Shown here: piece by piece, positions 15,846-26,580 of the stretch
How the letters are laid out: each line of letters opens with the position of its first letter
How positions within the stretch are numbered: position 1 is the first letter of the stretch
Assembly (NCBI GenBank): GCA_041659225.1
Contig: JBAZYR010000006.1
Coordinates: forward strand, 1,541 to 65,540
Length of the DNA: 64,000 nt
Direction of reading: 5' to 3'
Origin: Candidatus Staskawiczbacteria bacterium
Lineage (GTDB): Bacteria; Patescibacteriota; Minisyncoccia; Minisyncoccales; Staskawiczbacteraceae
The notes under the pieces: generated by a model
Database searches by the model: none
What the model was told of the DNA's origin: nothing
The model's input: the letters and a program-made list of their open reading frames with translations, nothing else
Translations under genes and position numbers: made by a program

Positions 15846-17447
15846 ATGATAAAGGGGGAAATAAACAGAATAATAAGCGAAACAATAGGAAACCTTCAGA
15901 CAAAAGAGGTCTTCCCTGCTTTTGATATCCCCCCAGTTGTAATCGACTGTCCTGCAGAGAAAACCCACGGCGATTATGCCACTAATATCTCTTTGCATAT
16001 CGCACGTATTATAAAAGGAAAACCGATAGAAGCCGCTGAGAAGATTGTATCAGAAATTAAAGCGCAGAACTTAAGATTGTTTAAAGAGATCGAGGTGAAA
16101 GAGCCCGGCTTTATTAATTTCTTTATCTCACCCGCATATCTCCAAAATCAAATTAAGGAAATTTTATCTCAAAAAGAAAAGTTTGGCAGCTCGAAATTCG
16201 GCCAAGGCAAAAAGGTTAATGTTGAATTTATCTCAGCAAACCCGACCGGTCCTTTGACATTAGGCAACGGGCGAGGGGGTTTTTGCGGAGATGTTTTATC
16301 GAATGTTCTTGAAAAGGCAGGGTTTGACGTAACCCGCGAGTACTACATTAACGACCGGGGCGAGCAGATTAAGAAATTGGGGCATTCTGTGATTGGCGAC
16401 GAACAGGCGGTATATAAAGGAAAGTATATTGAGGATTTGGCAAAAAAGGTGAAGGATAAAGACCCGGAAAAAGCAGGTGAAAAAGCCGCAAAGATAATTC
16501 TTGAAGACTATATCAAGCCGACAATAGAAGAAAAGATGGGCATAAAGTTTGATGTTTGGTTTTCAGAAAAGAAACTATACGACAAGGGAATGGTTGATAA
16601 AACGATAGAGGAAATTAAGAAAAACGGCTTTACCTACGAGAGCGAAGGGGCGCTATGGTTTAAATCAAAATCCCTAGGCGACGACAAAGATAGAGTTTTA
16701 ATCAGAAAAGATGGTAACAAAACATATTTCGCCTCAGATATAGCTTACTTAAAAGACAAGTTCGAAAGAGGCTTTGGTAAAATAGTTATTTTCCTCGGAG
16801 CCGATCATCACGGGTACATCAATAGGCTGAGGGCTGCAACCCAAGCAATGTCTTTTGATAAAGACAGCATAAAGACAATAATAATGCAGCTGGTGGCAGT
16901 TTGGTCCGGAGAGGAAGGAGATAAGAAGCTGCTTAAGATGTCTAAAAGAGAAGGGACAGCTATCGATCTTGATGACTTGATTAAAGAGCTGAATATCGAT
17001 ACTGTTCGATTTTTCTTTTTGATGCGGGCTCCCAACACGCACCTTGGATTTGATATGGATTTAGCGAGAGAACAATCCTCAAAGAACCCGGTTTATTACG
17101 TTCAGTACGCTCATGCAAGGATAAATAGTCTTTTGAAGAAGGCGGAACTCAATGCTAAGGGGAAGAATCTCGAATTATTAAATCACTCGTCAGAACTGCA
17201 ATTGATAAAGCACCTCGTTAAATTCCCGGAAGTTGTAGAAGACACGGCGGGCGATTTTCAGGTCCAGAGATTAGCTCAGTATGCAGCAGAGCTAGCCGAT
17301 TGCTTCCATAAGTTTTACGAAGATTGCCGGGTAATTGATGAAGATAAGAATATTTCCGAGGCGCGGCTGAGCCTGGCTTTAGCTGCCAGGATTGTACTGA
17401 AGAACACCTTAGATATAATGGGAATTTCAGCACCAGAGAAAATGTAA
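15846..17447 (+). CDS. argS: Arginine--tRNA ligase
   Basis: 533 aa. SANPTGPLTLGNGRGG (HIGH-region equivalent), a MSKREGT KMSKS-like motif and a C-terminal anticodon-binding domain ending ...APEKM. Confidence 0.95.
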   Translation: MIKGEINRIISETIGNLQTKEVFPAFDIPPVVIDCPAEKTHGDYATNISLHIARIIKGKPIEAAEKIVSEIKAQNLRLFKEIEVKEPGFINFFISPAYLQNQIKEILSQKEKFGSSKFGQGKKVNVEFISANPTGPLTLGNGRGGFCGDVLSNVLEKAGFDVTREYYINDRGEQIKKLGHSVIGDEQAVYKGKYIEDLAKKVKDKDPEKAGEKAAKIILEDYIKPTIEEKMGIKFDVWFSEKKLYDKGMVDKTIEEIKKNGFTYESEGALWFKSKSLGDDKDRVLIRKDGNKTYFASDIAYLKDKFERGFGKIVIFLGADHHGYINRLRAATQAMSFDKDSIKTIIMQLVAVWSGEEGDKKLLKMSKREGTAIDLDDLIKELNIDTVRFFFLMRAPNTHLGFDMDLAREQSSKNPVYYVQYAHARINSLLKKAELNAKGKNLELLNHSSELQLIKHLVKFPEVVEDTAGDFQVQRLAQYAAELADCFHKFYEDCRVIDEDKNISEARLSLALAARIVLKNTLDIMGISAPEKM

Positions 17448-17451
17448 CTAT

Positions 17452-20343
17452 ATGAATTTAAACTTTCCAGAGTCAGAAAAGAAAATATTAAAGTTTTGGG
17501 AGGATAATAAGATTTTCGATAAGCTAAGGGAAAAGAACCAAGGAAAGGCCCGTTGGTCGTTTTTAGATGGACCCATTACTGCTAATAACCCCATGGGCGT
17601 GCATCACGCCTGGGGAAGAACGTATAAGGATGTGTTCCAAAGGTATAAGGCGATGCAAGGATTTGAACAGCGTTACCAGAATGGATTTGATTGCCAGGGT
17701 TTATGGGTCGAAGTAGAGGTTGAAAAAGAATTAGGGTTTAAGAATAAGAAAGATATTGAGAAATACGGCATCGATAAGTTTATTGAAAAGTGCAAAGAGA
17801 GAGTAATAAAATATTCAAAGATTCAAACCGAACAGTCAATTCGGCTTGGCCAATGGATGGATTGGGATAATTCCTACTATACGATGTCTGACGAGAACAA
17901 CTATGCGATTTGGGGATTTCTGAAAAAATGCTGGACTGACGGTAATCTATACAAAGGCAGAGATTCTGTGCCCTGGTGCCCGAGATGTGGAACAGCTATT
18001 TCTCAACATGAGATATTGACCGAAGAGTACAAGGAGATCACCCATCAGGCAATATATTTTAAACTGCCGATACTAGATAAAAAGTTCAAGGGAACAAGTT
18101 TTCTGGTTTGGACAACTACTCCATGGACAATACCGGCCAACTCCGGATTAGTATTGAATCCGGAACTTGATTATGGAGTTTTTGAAAAAGACGGAGAAAA
18201 GCTCATTTTGTTAAAAGATTTAGCCGAGAAAATATTAGGCGCAGGTTCGGTTGCTGAAGAAATATTTAAAGGAAAAGATTTAACTGGGCTTAAATATGAA
18301 GGGCCGTTTGATAGCTTGGCAAGAGTAAAGGATACTGAGAAAGAAAATCCGAAGGCTTTCCACACGGTTGTTCTCGACAAAGACTTAGTCACGGCCCTAG
18401 AGGGTACGGGTATTGTCCATTGTGCCCCGGGAGCAGGCGAAGAAGATTTTAAAATTGGGCAAAGAGAAAAGCTCCCGGTAATTTCCGTGATTGACGAGAG
18501 TGCTGTCTATTTAGATGGAATGGATGACTTCACCGGCCAGAATGCAAAGGAAAAACCAGAGATAATTTTTAATTATCTTAAGGAACATAACGCAGGCAAG
18601 TTCTTTTTCAAGACTGAACAATATACTCACCGCTACCCTACGTGCTGGCGATGCAAGACAGAATTAGTTTGGAGGGTGGTTGACGAGTGGTACATTGCCA
18701 TGGACAAACTGAGGGAGCCGTTGATGAAAATAGTTAAAGGCATTAACTGGATTCCCAGTTTTGGGTTAGAAAGAGAATTAGATTGGCTGAAGAACATGCA
18801 TGATTGGCTAATCTCCAAAAAAAGATACTGGGGGTTAGCTTTACCAATTTTTGAATGTAGTTGTGGCAATTTCGAAGTGATTGGTTCGAAGGAAGAGCTT
18901 AAAGAGCGTGCAATAGAAGGATGGAAGGAAGTTGAAGATAAATCTCCCCATAGGCCATGGGTTGATAATGTAAAGATTAGGTGTTCCAAGTGCGGCGAAG
19001 TCGTTTCTCGGATTCCTGACGTTGGAAACCCTTGGCTAGATGCCGGCATAGTGCCGTTTTCCACCATGAAATATTATCCTGACCGAAAATACTGGGAGCA
19101 ATGGTTTCCAGCAGAGTTGGTTTGCGAATCCTTTCCTGGCCAGTTTAAGAATTGGTTCTATTCGTTAATTGTTATGAGCACGGTTTTAGAAAATAGCGGT
19201 CCTGCTAAGACAATTTTTGGTTACGCCTCTGTCAAAGATGAGAAAGGAGAAGAAATGCACAAGTCGAAAGGTAATGCCATATGGTTTGATGACGCAGTTG
19301 AGAAGATTGGGGCTGACCCGATGCGGTGGCTTTACTCTCGCCAAAATCCGGCGAACAATTTGAATTTCGGCTACGGTGCTACCGAAGAAGTAAAAAAGAA
19401 ATTCATGACTTTGTATAATGTTTTCAGCTTTTTTAAGACCTACACGGAAACAGAAGAGGCTCTTGAAGATATTGAACCTAAGGCAAAGAATATTTTAGAT
19501 AAATGGATTATTTCTCGATTTAATAGTCTGGTACAAAAAACTACCAGCGGGCTGGATGAGTATGATGTAGCTGGCGCCACTATAGCAATTGAGGATTTTT
19601 TCACAGACGATTTGTCTCTCTGGTTCTTGAGGAGATCACGAAAGAGGTTCCATGAGGGAGCAAAGGGCAGGAAAGAGGCCGTAAGCACGCTCTACTATAT
19701 ACTTTTGAATCTGTTTAAATTAATAGCACCAGTAATGCCATTTTTTGCAGAAGAAATATATTTACAATTAAAGCCGAAGAACGGGCCTGAGTCCGTACAT
19801 TTGTTTGATTGGCCAAGGGCCGACATTAAAAGTATAGATAAAGATTTGGAAGCTAAAATGGCAAAGACTCGGCAAATTGTCGGCCTTGTTTTAGCTGAAA
19901 GAGTTGAAAAAGGAATTAAAGTCAGGCAGCCTCTTCCCTCTTTGAAAATAAAGGGACAAGAGTTGAGCAAAGAAAAAGAGTTGTTGGGGCTCATAAAAGA
20001 AGAAGCTAATATTAGAAAGATTGTTTTTTCTGATAAAATTGAGAAAGAGGTTGAGTTGGATACCAAGATTACAAAAGAGTTGAGAGAAGAAGGGACAGTG
20101 AGGGAAGTTATTCGGCAGATTCAAGAAATGCGTAAGGCTCAAGGATTAAAACCTAAAGATAGGATTCACATTAAGTTTTCAGCCCTGGATGATTTGATTA
20201 AAATTCTTGAAAAGAGCAAGAAGCTAATTACCAAAGAAACAAAATCAAAAATTATTCAGGGCTCTGAGACGGGGTTCGACCTCGAGAAGGAAATAAAAGT
20301 TGACGAGCAAAAAGTATTGTTAAGTATTAAAAAGATTGACTGA
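17452..20343 (+). CDS. ileS: Isoleucine--tRNA ligase
   Basis: 963 aa class Ia synthetase with an editing-domain insertion. DWLISKKRYWGLALPIFEC, MHKSKGN (KMSKS) and Zn-binding CPRCG/CWRC/CSKCG. Ile rather than Val is inferred from the motif pattern and length. Confidence 0.8.
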   Translation: MNLNFPESEKKILKFWEDNKIFDKLREKNQGKARWSFLDGPITANNPMGVHHAWGRTYKDVFQRYKAMQGFEQRYQNGFDCQGLWVEVEVEKELGFKNKKDIEKYGIDKFIEKCKERVIKYSKIQTEQSIRLGQWMDWDNSYYTMSDENNYAIWGFLKKCWTDGNLYKGRDSVPWCPRCGTAISQHEILTEEYKEITHQAIYFKLPILDKKFKGTSFLVWTTTPWTIPANSGLVLNPELDYGVFEKDGEKLILLKDLAEKILGAGSVAEEIFKGKDLTGLKYEGPFDSLARVKDTEKENPKAFHTVVLDKDLVTALEGTGIVHCAPGAGEEDFKIGQREKLPVISVIDESAVYLDGMDDFTGQNAKEKPEIIFNYLKEHNAGKFFFKTEQYTHRYPTCWRCKTELVWRVVDEWYIAMDKLREPLMKIVKGINWIPSFGLERELDWLKNMHDWLISKKRYWGLALPIFECSCGNFEVIGSKEELKERAIEGWKEVEDKSPHRPWVDNVKIRCSKCGEVVSRIPDVGNPWLDAGIVPFSTMKYYPDRKYWEQWFPAELVCESFPGQFKNWFYSLIVMSTVLENSGPAKTIFGYASVKDEKGEEMHKSKGNAIWFDDAVEKIGADPMRWLYSRQNPANNLNFGYGATEEVKKKFMTLYNVFSFFKTYTETEEALEDIEPKAKNILDKWIISRFNSLVQKTTSGLDEYDVAGATIAIEDFFTDDLSLWFLRRSRKRFHEGAKGRKEAVSTLYYILLNLFKLIAPVMPFFAEEIYLQLKPKNGPESVHLFDWPRADIKSIDKDLEAKMAKTRQIVGLVLAERVEKGIKVRQPLPSLKIKGQELSKEKELLGLIKEEANIRKIVFSDKIEKEVELDTKITKELREEGTVREVIRQIQEMRKAQGLKPKDRIHIKFSALDDLIKILEKSKKLITKETKSKIIQGSETGFDLEKEIKVDEQKVLLSIKKID

Positions 20344-20348
20344 TATAT

Positions 20349-20654
20349 ATGTTCGATTTTTATAAATCAATACTCCCCGGAAAAAATAAAGGGCTCCCAA
20401 GGAAAAAGTTTAAAGAATTTTTACGTAGGACTCCCGACCTTTCTAAACGGCTTTCGCCGAAGGACAAAGTTGGGCTTGAAAAAGAAGTTTTCCCCTCATT
20501 TTTTGGTCGAGAAATTTCTAAAAAAGAAGTCGCTTCGGGCATCGAAAATTTACGAAGGCAAAGAGTGCAGACAAAGAACTGGGATCAGCGGGAAGAATTA
20601 CAAAGCAAAATAAAGGTTCTTAAGAAGGTAAAGAAAAAGCCGTGGCACGTATAA
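20349..20654 (+). CDS. Hypothetical basic protein
   Basis: 101 aa, Lys/Arg-rich, no motif recognised. Confidence 0.4.
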   Translation: MFDFYKSILPGKNKGLPRKKFKEFLRRTPDLSKRLSPKDKVGLEKEVFPSFFGREISKKEVASGIENLRRQRVQTKNWDQREELQSKIKVLKKVKKKPWHV

Positions 20655-20669
20655 AAAAAACAATTTAAC

Positions 20670-21407
20670 ATGACTGTTCACTATCGGACTCGTGGTTTTG
20701 TCATCAAGAAAAATAATATTGCGGAAGCCGATAGGGTTTATATTATTTTCACAAAAGACTTCGGCAGAATAAAGGTTTCCGGCAAGGCAATCAGGAAAAT
20801 TAATTCCAAACTTAGGGGCGGGATAGATATACTTTCCTTGTCAGAAATTGAGTTTATACAAGGGAAAAACCATAAAACTTTGACGGATGCTGTATTTCTA
20901 GAAAGGTTTGAAAACATCAGAGAAGACTTGATAAGGACGAAAATTGCGTATAAGGTGGTAAGCGTTTTGGATGATTTGATAAAAGATGAAGACGAAGACG
21001 AAAGGATATGGGACCTTGTGACAGATACTTTCAATAAAATTAATGATTTATCCTTGTCTTCCCCGCGCTGTTTATTGGTATACTATTATTTCCTCTGGAA
21101 TCTTTTCTCCATTTTAGGTTACAAACCAGAGCTGTCCAATTGTGTTATTTGCCAGAAGAAGCTAAGCTCTATTAATCTATATTTCTCTTCTAATGAGGGC
21201 GGAGCGGTTTGCCATTTTTGCGGGGGGAAAGAGACAGGCAAGTATCAAAGCGCAAGACCAGAGTCTTTAAAGATGCTGAGATTGATTTTAGAAAAAAATT
21301 GGCAGACTTTGTCCAGACTTAGAAATCCTAAATTGTCTCAGAATTTTTTAGAAGGGATTTCTGAGAATTACTGCTGTCATCTCTTATCTTCCCAAAGTCC
21401 GAGATAA
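20670..21407 (+). CDS. recO: DNA repair protein RecO
   Basis: N-terminal OB fold (RTRGFVIKKNNIAEADRVYIIFTKDFGRIKVSGKAIRK) and a Cys4 Zn motif (CVICQ...CHFCG). Confidence 0.8.
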   Translation: MTVHYRTRGFVIKKNNIAEADRVYIIFTKDFGRIKVSGKAIRKINSKLRGGIDILSLSEIEFIQGKNHKTLTDAVFLERFENIREDLIRTKIAYKVVSVLDDLIKDEDEDERIWDLVTDTFNKINDLSLSSPRCLLVYYYFLWNLFSILGYKPELSNCVICQKKLSSINLYFSSNEGGAVCHFCGGKETGKYQSARPESLKMLRLILEKNWQTLSRLRNPKLSQNFLEGISENYCCHLLSSQSPR

Positions 21408-21448
21408 TGTTCAAAAAAGGCCATGAATTTGGTATTATATAAAATATT

Positions 21449-23071
21449 ATGAGAAAAAAATTTATAATCATCTTAGCAGTAATAATTATCGGGCTGGCGC
21501 TATCTGGCTATTGGTATTACAAGAACCAAGTTTTTTCGAAAAGCATCCTGAAACTCGAGATTTTAGGTCCTGAATCAGCTCAAATCGGGGCAGAAATCGA
21601 GTATACGGTGAAATACAAGAACAATAGCGACTTTACTTTAGAAGACGCCAAAATTAATTTTGAATACCCGGAGTTTTCGGTTGGAGAAGAGGAAAAGAAT
21701 ATGGTCACCAAAACCCTGCAGGATATCTACCCCGGAGATGAGCAGACCACTAAATTTAAAGTTAGACTATTCGGCAAGGAGGACGATCTTAAGGTCGCTA
21801 AAGTTTATCTTTCCTATAGCCCCAGAAACCTTAGCGCCCACTATGAATCAAATACAACCTTCACAACTAAGATTGAGGAGGTTCCTATGACATTAGACTT
21901 TGATTTGCCCTCGAAACTAGAGACTGGAAAAGAAATTGAGTTTTCTTTAAATTATTTTTCGAACGTAGATTATCTCCTTTCGGGGTTAAAGCTGACCATC
22001 GAATATCCGGAAAAATTCGACCTTATTAGCTCTGATCCGAGAAATCTGGGAGGAAGCGAGTGGGAGATAGCGGATTTAAAGAAAGCAGAAGGCGGGCGTG
22101 TTAAAATTACCGGGAGGGTGACAGCTCAGTCTGGCGAACGGGCAACTTTCAAAGCCAAGCTTGGAATCTGGCAGAACGGTGACTTTATCTTGCTTAAAGA
22201 AACGACAAAAGATATCGATGTGGCCGATTCAATGTTATACATCTCTCAACAGATTAACGGGTCATCTAACTATATCGCTTCCCCGGGAGAAAGGCTCCAT
22301 TTCGAAATCTATTTTAAAAATATTGGCAACAGTCAATTCGAAAACTTATATCTAATCAATAAACTCGACGGTTCAACTTTTGACTTGTCGACCATAGATG
22401 CACCCTTGGGCCAGACTAGGTCCGGTGATAATTTAATCGTTTGGGATTGGAAGCAAGTTCCGGACTTGCAGCGTTTGGATGTCCAACAGGAGGGGAAGGT
22501 TGAATTCTATGTAAATTTGAAAAATGAGTGGGCGCCCGGAAGCACACAATCAAATAATACTGTCGCTCAGAATACAGTAAATATTTCAGATATTAGCCAG
22601 AGCTTCCAGGTAAAAGTTAATTCCCGTTTAGTAGTTTTACCGAGGGTGATGTATGAAGACAACGGGATTTTTGGGAATTCTGGGCCCTACCCTCCAGCAG
22701 CCAACCAGCCCACCACCTATACAATTAATTGGAAAGTCCAGAACTTATATAATAATGTTAAAAACATTAAAGTACGGGCGACTTTGCCTGTGGGGGTTAG
22801 TTTAACTGGCAAGATTTCTCCGAGCAGCGAAGGGTCAAGGTTCTCCTTTGACAGCGTAAGCCGTGAGATAGTTTGGACTGTCGGCGATTTGTCGGCCGGC
22901 GATTCTAATGATTTGTATTTTCAGGTTTCTCTGTCCGGAGGAGGGACAATCGTAAATCACTCACAAATAACCGGCGAAGATCAGTGGACAAATATTAATA
23001 TTGTTCGGGACGGCCAAGCGCTAGATACATCTATGGTAGATTCTTCAGTTCCCTCCGGGGGAGAAGAATAG
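21449..23071 (+). CDS. Hypothetical N-terminally anchored surface protein with repeated beta-rich (DUF11/CARDB-like) modules
   Basis: 540 aa. TM helix at the N-terminus and repeated Ig-like segments (..Y.V.Y.N.G..). Confidence 0.55.
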   Translation: MRKKFIIILAVIIIGLALSGYWYYKNQVFSKSILKLEILGPESAQIGAEIEYTVKYKNNSDFTLEDAKINFEYPEFSVGEEEKNMVTKTLQDIYPGDEQTTKFKVRLFGKEDDLKVAKVYLSYSPRNLSAHYESNTTFTTKIEEVPMTLDFDLPSKLETGKEIEFSLNYFSNVDYLLSGLKLTIEYPEKFDLISSDPRNLGGSEWEIADLKKAEGGRVKITGRVTAQSGERATFKAKLGIWQNGDFILLKETTKDIDVADSMLYISQQINGSSNYIASPGERLHFEIYFKNIGNSQFENLYLINKLDGSTFDLSTIDAPLGQTRSGDNLIVWDWKQVPDLQRLDVQQEGKVEFYVNLKNEWAPGSTQSNNTVAQNTVNISDISQSFQVKVNSRLVVLPRVMYEDNGIFGNSGPYPPAANQPTTYTINWKVQNLYNNVKNIKVRATLPVGVSLTGKISPSSEGSRFSFDSVSREIVWTVGDLSAGDSNDLYFQVSLSGGGTIVNHSQITGEDQWTNINIVRDGQALDTSMVDSSVPSGGEE

Positions 23072-23133
23072 CATCGTTGACTTCGTAGATATTTTTTGGT
23101 ATTAAAGAAACGGCTCTTTGTTCGCACTTCGGC

Positions 23134-23222
23134 CCCGCCTCCCTACACCTTCTTCGTTAGGTTAACATAGCATTGCGAAAGCAATGAATCTTCGAAGACC
23201 TGCAAAGGCGGGGCTTTTTTTT
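23134..23222 (+). terminator. Long imperfect hairpin plus T9, either a terminator or a leader element upstream of glyQS
   Basis: CCCCGCCT (23134-41) pairs with AGGCGGGG (23206-13). Inner TCTTCG/CGAAGA, and an apical CATTGC-GAAA-GCAATG. A promoter-like TTGACT-17-TGGTATTAA (23077-23105) precedes it. Confidence 0.45.
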
Positions 23223-23270
23223 ATTCTTAATATCAGGTAAGATAAAAAAATCTAAGATATCCACAAATTT

Positions 23271-24617
23271 ATGAAGAAAACCGAAAAAACGAGCAATCTT
23301 ATGGATAAAATCATTTCTTTGACGAAAAGAAGAGGTTTTATCTTTCAGTCCTCCGAGATTTACGGCGGTTTTGGCTCGTGTTACGACTTTGGCCCATTGG
23401 GAGTGGAAATGAAAAATAATATTAAGAAGATTTGGTGGAAAGAGATGACAAGGCTGCACGAAAACATTGTTGGTTTAGACGCATCAATTCTAATGAGTCC
23501 AAAGGTTTGGCAAGCTTCTGGCCATTTAACCGCAGGGTTTGCTGACGAACTGGTGGAATGCAAGAAGTGCCATCATCGTTTTAGGAAGGATTTATTAGAC
23601 AGTGAAAAATGCCCAGATTGCGGAGGCGAGTTAACAGCTCCTAAGAAATTTAACCTGATGATGAAAACATTTGTTGGGGCGCTAGAGGATGAAGCAGCTG
23701 TCACATATTTACGGGCAGAAACATGCCAGGGCATTTATCTTAATTTTAATAATGTAATGCAGTCTTTGAGGCTAAAGGTTCCTTTCGGTATAGCTCAGAT
23801 TGGTAAAGCCTTCAGAAACGAAATTACGCCCAAAGATTTTATCTATAGAACAAGAGAGTTTGAACAAATGGAAATGCAATGGTTTTGTTCCCCTAAGGAA
23901 GCCGATAAGTTTTTTGATTATTGGTTGGAAGAAAGAATGAATTGGTATTTTAAACTTGGAATCAAAAAGGAGAATTTACGGGCGAAGGAAACCCCGAAAA
24001 AGGAATTAGCTCATTATGCCAAGAGAGCAGTAGATATTGAGTATAAATTTCCTTTCGGTTGGAAGGAGATTGAAGGGGTCCACCACAGGGGCGATTGGGA
24101 CTTGTCTAATCATTCAAAAAATAGCGGACAAGACTTGTCCTATTGTGACGAAACGACAAAAGAAAAGTATTATCCCTACGTAATCGAAACATCAGTCGGA
24201 GCTGACAGAAGTTTGTTCGCTTTCTTATGTGACGCCTATAAAGAAATTGAAGGCGGGCGGACAGAAACGACGGAGTCGGCTAAAGAAATCGAGGTTATAC
24301 TTAATTTGCATAAATCAATCAGCCCCGTAAAGGTTGCAGTTTTTCCCCTGATGAAAAACAAAGAGGATATTTCTGCAAAGGCCAAAGAGATTTATCAGAT
24401 GTTAAAAGTTGATTTCGTCTGTAAATATGACGAATCTGGTTCAATCGGTAAAAGATATCGAAGGCAAGATGAAGTTGGGACACCACTCTGCGTAACTGTT
24501 GATTTTGATTCTTTGGAAAATAACGACGTGACTGTCCGCGATCGCGATACTATGAAACAGGAGAGGGTAAAGGTTAAGGATTTGAATCAAAAAGTTATGG
24601 AATTCCTTAATGGATAA
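23271..24617 (+). CDS. glyQS: Glycine--tRNA ligase (dimeric class II type)
   Basis: RRGFIFQSSEIYGG...GPLGVEMKNNIK...RAETCQGIY...FRNEITP is a canonical GlyQS sequence. Confidence 0.95.
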   Translation: MKKTEKTSNLMDKIISLTKRRGFIFQSSEIYGGFGSCYDFGPLGVEMKNNIKKIWWKEMTRLHENIVGLDASILMSPKVWQASGHLTAGFADELVECKKCHHRFRKDLLDSEKCPDCGGELTAPKKFNLMMKTFVGALEDEAAVTYLRAETCQGIYLNFNNVMQSLRLKVPFGIAQIGKAFRNEITPKDFIYRTREFEQMEMQWFCSPKEADKFFDYWLEERMNWYFKLGIKKENLRAKETPKKELAHYAKRAVDIEYKFPFGWKEIEGVHHRGDWDLSNHSKNSGQDLSYCDETTKEKYYPYVIETSVGADRSLFAFLCDAYKEIEGGRTETTESAKEIEVILNLHKSISPVKVAVFPLMKNKEDISAKAKEIYQMLKVDFVCKYDESGSIGKRYRRQDEVGTPLCVTVDFDSLENNDVTVRDRDTMKQERVKVKDLNQKVMEFLNG

Positions 24618-24619
24618 AA

Positions 24620-25309
24620 ATGGAAAAAGTTTCGATTATTATTCCAGCTTATAACGAGGAAGGAATTATCCAAAAGACTGTTGAGTCGTATAAATTGCAA
24701 CAGTATCCCTTATTAGAGATAATTGTTGTAGTTAATAATTCTAACGATAAAACCTACGAAATAGCGGAAAGATATGCCGACAAGGTCCTTAATCTCGGAG
24801 CCATTGGTGTCTCGGTCGCCAGAAACGAAGGCGCGAAAGTAGCAGCTGGGAGTATTCTTATATTCTCAGATGCCGACAGCATAATATCGCCTGGCGGGGT
24901 TGAGAAGATTGCGAATGTCGTTAGGGAGGGAATGATAGGAACTATTCTCGGTAGAGGCGATGTTAAGGGGTTCAAGGGAAGATTATTTTTTTTCTATAAA
25001 AATACTGTTCATAAATTAAGAATTCACAAAGGCATTATAGACGGGGTTTTTTTCTGCCACAAGAAAATATTTTTAGAAACAGGCGGGTTCAATCCTGCTA
25101 AAAAAATTACTGAGTTTGACGACTTTATTTTTAGGGCACGGAAAATAGGCGCCAGATATAAGCTTATAACTAATTGTTATGCCATCACTTCCCTGCGCCG
25201 TTACGAGGAAAAAGGATATCTCAAAATGTGCATTTTTTGGATAAAATATAAATCCCTTTCCCTTGTCGGGAGGGAAGGGAAAATAGCGAGCGATTATTTT
25301 AAAAGATAA
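24620..25309 (+). CDS. Family 2 glycosyltransferase
   Basis: VSIIIPAYNEE and a DAD motif (FSDADSI). Confidence 0.75.
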   Translation: MEKVSIIIPAYNEEGIIQKTVESYKLQQYPLLEIIVVVNNSNDKTYEIAERYADKVLNLGAIGVSVARNEGAKVAAGSILIFSDADSIISPGGVEKIANVVREGMIGTILGRGDVKGFKGRLFFFYKNTVHKLRIHKGIIDGVFFCHKKIFLETGGFNPAKKITEFDDFIFRARKIGARYKLITNCYAITSLRRYEEKGYLKMCIFWIKYKSLSLVGREGKIASDYFKR

Positions 25310-25312
25310 AAA

Positions 25313-26578
25313 ATGTTTAAAAAAACTACACTCAATAATAAGCTGAGAATTATCACGATTCCCTTAAAGAACGTTAATACGGTCACATTTCTGGTTTTGG
25401 TAGGAACCGGTTCCAAATACGAGGGAAGAGAAATAAATGGAATTTCACATTTTTTAGAGCATATGTTTTTCAAGGGGACGGCAAAAAGACCCGATACTTT
25501 GGCAATCGCTGAAACCCTTGATAGAGTCGGAGGGGCATATAACGCCTTTACTTCCAAAGACGTTACTGGTTATTGGGCGAAAGTGGATAAAAAACATCAA
25601 GACGTCGCCCTGGATTGGATTTCCGACATATTTTTGAATTCTAAATTAGAGCAAAAAGAGCTGGAAAAAGAGAAAGGCGTAATAATCGAGGAATTTAATA
25701 TGTACCTCGATACCCCCACTGCGTATATAGGAGATCTTTGGGAAAAGGTACTTTACGGAGACCAGCCTGCTGGCTGGCTGGTTATTGGTGAAAAGGAAAA
25801 TATTTTGAATATGAGCAGAGAAAAGATTGTAGATTATTTCAGCAAACACTATTCTGCGAAGAATACATTAATCTGCGTAGCTGGGAATATTTCTCCGAAG
25901 GCCGCCGAAGCAAAGGTTAAAAAGTATTTTAAAGATATTAATACAACTCCTGTCTCTGATAAAAAGAGAGTTGTGGAAAGCCAGGGCAAGCCAGAAAGCC
26001 TAATATATTTTAAAGATACAGATCAAACGCATTTGTGCCTTGGCGTGAGAGCATATAATAGCTCTCACCCAGATCGTTTTGCTTTAGGGCTTTTAGCTAC
26101 GATACTTGGAGGAAATATGAGTTCCCGCCTTTTCATTAAGGTTCGAGAAAAGAGAGGCCTAGCTTATTATGTTAGAACTTCTGCCGAAGAGAATAACGAC
26201 ACGGGCTGGCTATCTACCCAAGCTGGTGTTGATCATAAAAACATAGAAGAGGTGATAAAGCTAGTTCTTGAAGAATATAAATCCTTGAAAAATAATTTGA
26301 TCACGAAAGAAGAGCTCCAGAAAGCCAAAGATTATGCGAAAGGAAGTATGACTTTATCTTTGGAGTCTTCTGATACGCAAGCATTCTTCTATGCTGAACA
26401 GGAATTATTAAGGAAGAAGATTATGACCCCGGAAGATATTTTTAAGAAAATTGACCAAGTTTCTATAAATGGTATAAATAAAGTAGCTAAGGATATTTTT
26501 AAACCCGAAAAACTAAATCTAGCTGTGATTGGACCGTTTAAAGATAAAGAGAAATTCGATAAGCTTTTAACGATATAA
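25313..26578 (+). CDS. M16 family (pitrilysin-like) zinc peptidase
   Basis: Inverted zinc motif HFLEHMFFKGT. Confidence 0.85.
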   Translation: MFKKTTLNNKLRIITIPLKNVNTVTFLVLVGTGSKYEGREINGISHFLEHMFFKGTAKRPDTLAIAETLDRVGGAYNAFTSKDVTGYWAKVDKKHQDVALDWISDIFLNSKLEQKELEKEKGVIIEEFNMYLDTPTAYIGDLWEKVLYGDQPAGWLVIGEKENILNMSREKIVDYFSKHYSAKNTLICVAGNISPKAAEAKVKKYFKDINTTPVSDKKRVVESQGKPESLIYFKDTDQTHLCLGVRAYNSSHPDRFALGLLATILGGNMSSRLFIKVREKRGLAYYVRTSAEENNDTGWLSTQAGVDHKNIEEVIKLVLEEYKSLKNNLITKEELQKAKDYAKGSMTLSLESSDTQAFFYAEQELLRKKIMTPEDIFKKIDQVSINGINKVAKDIFKPEKLNLAVIGPFKDKEKFDKLLTI

Positions 26579-26580
26579 GC

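Noticed and set aside
23134-23222. SRP (4.5S) RNA or glycine T-box interpretation of the GAAA-capped hairpin upstream of glyQS
   Set aside because: It lacks the conserved SRP domain IV loops next to the tetraloop. It also lacks the T-box AANNNGGGTGGNACC consensus, stem I K-turn and distal-loop features.
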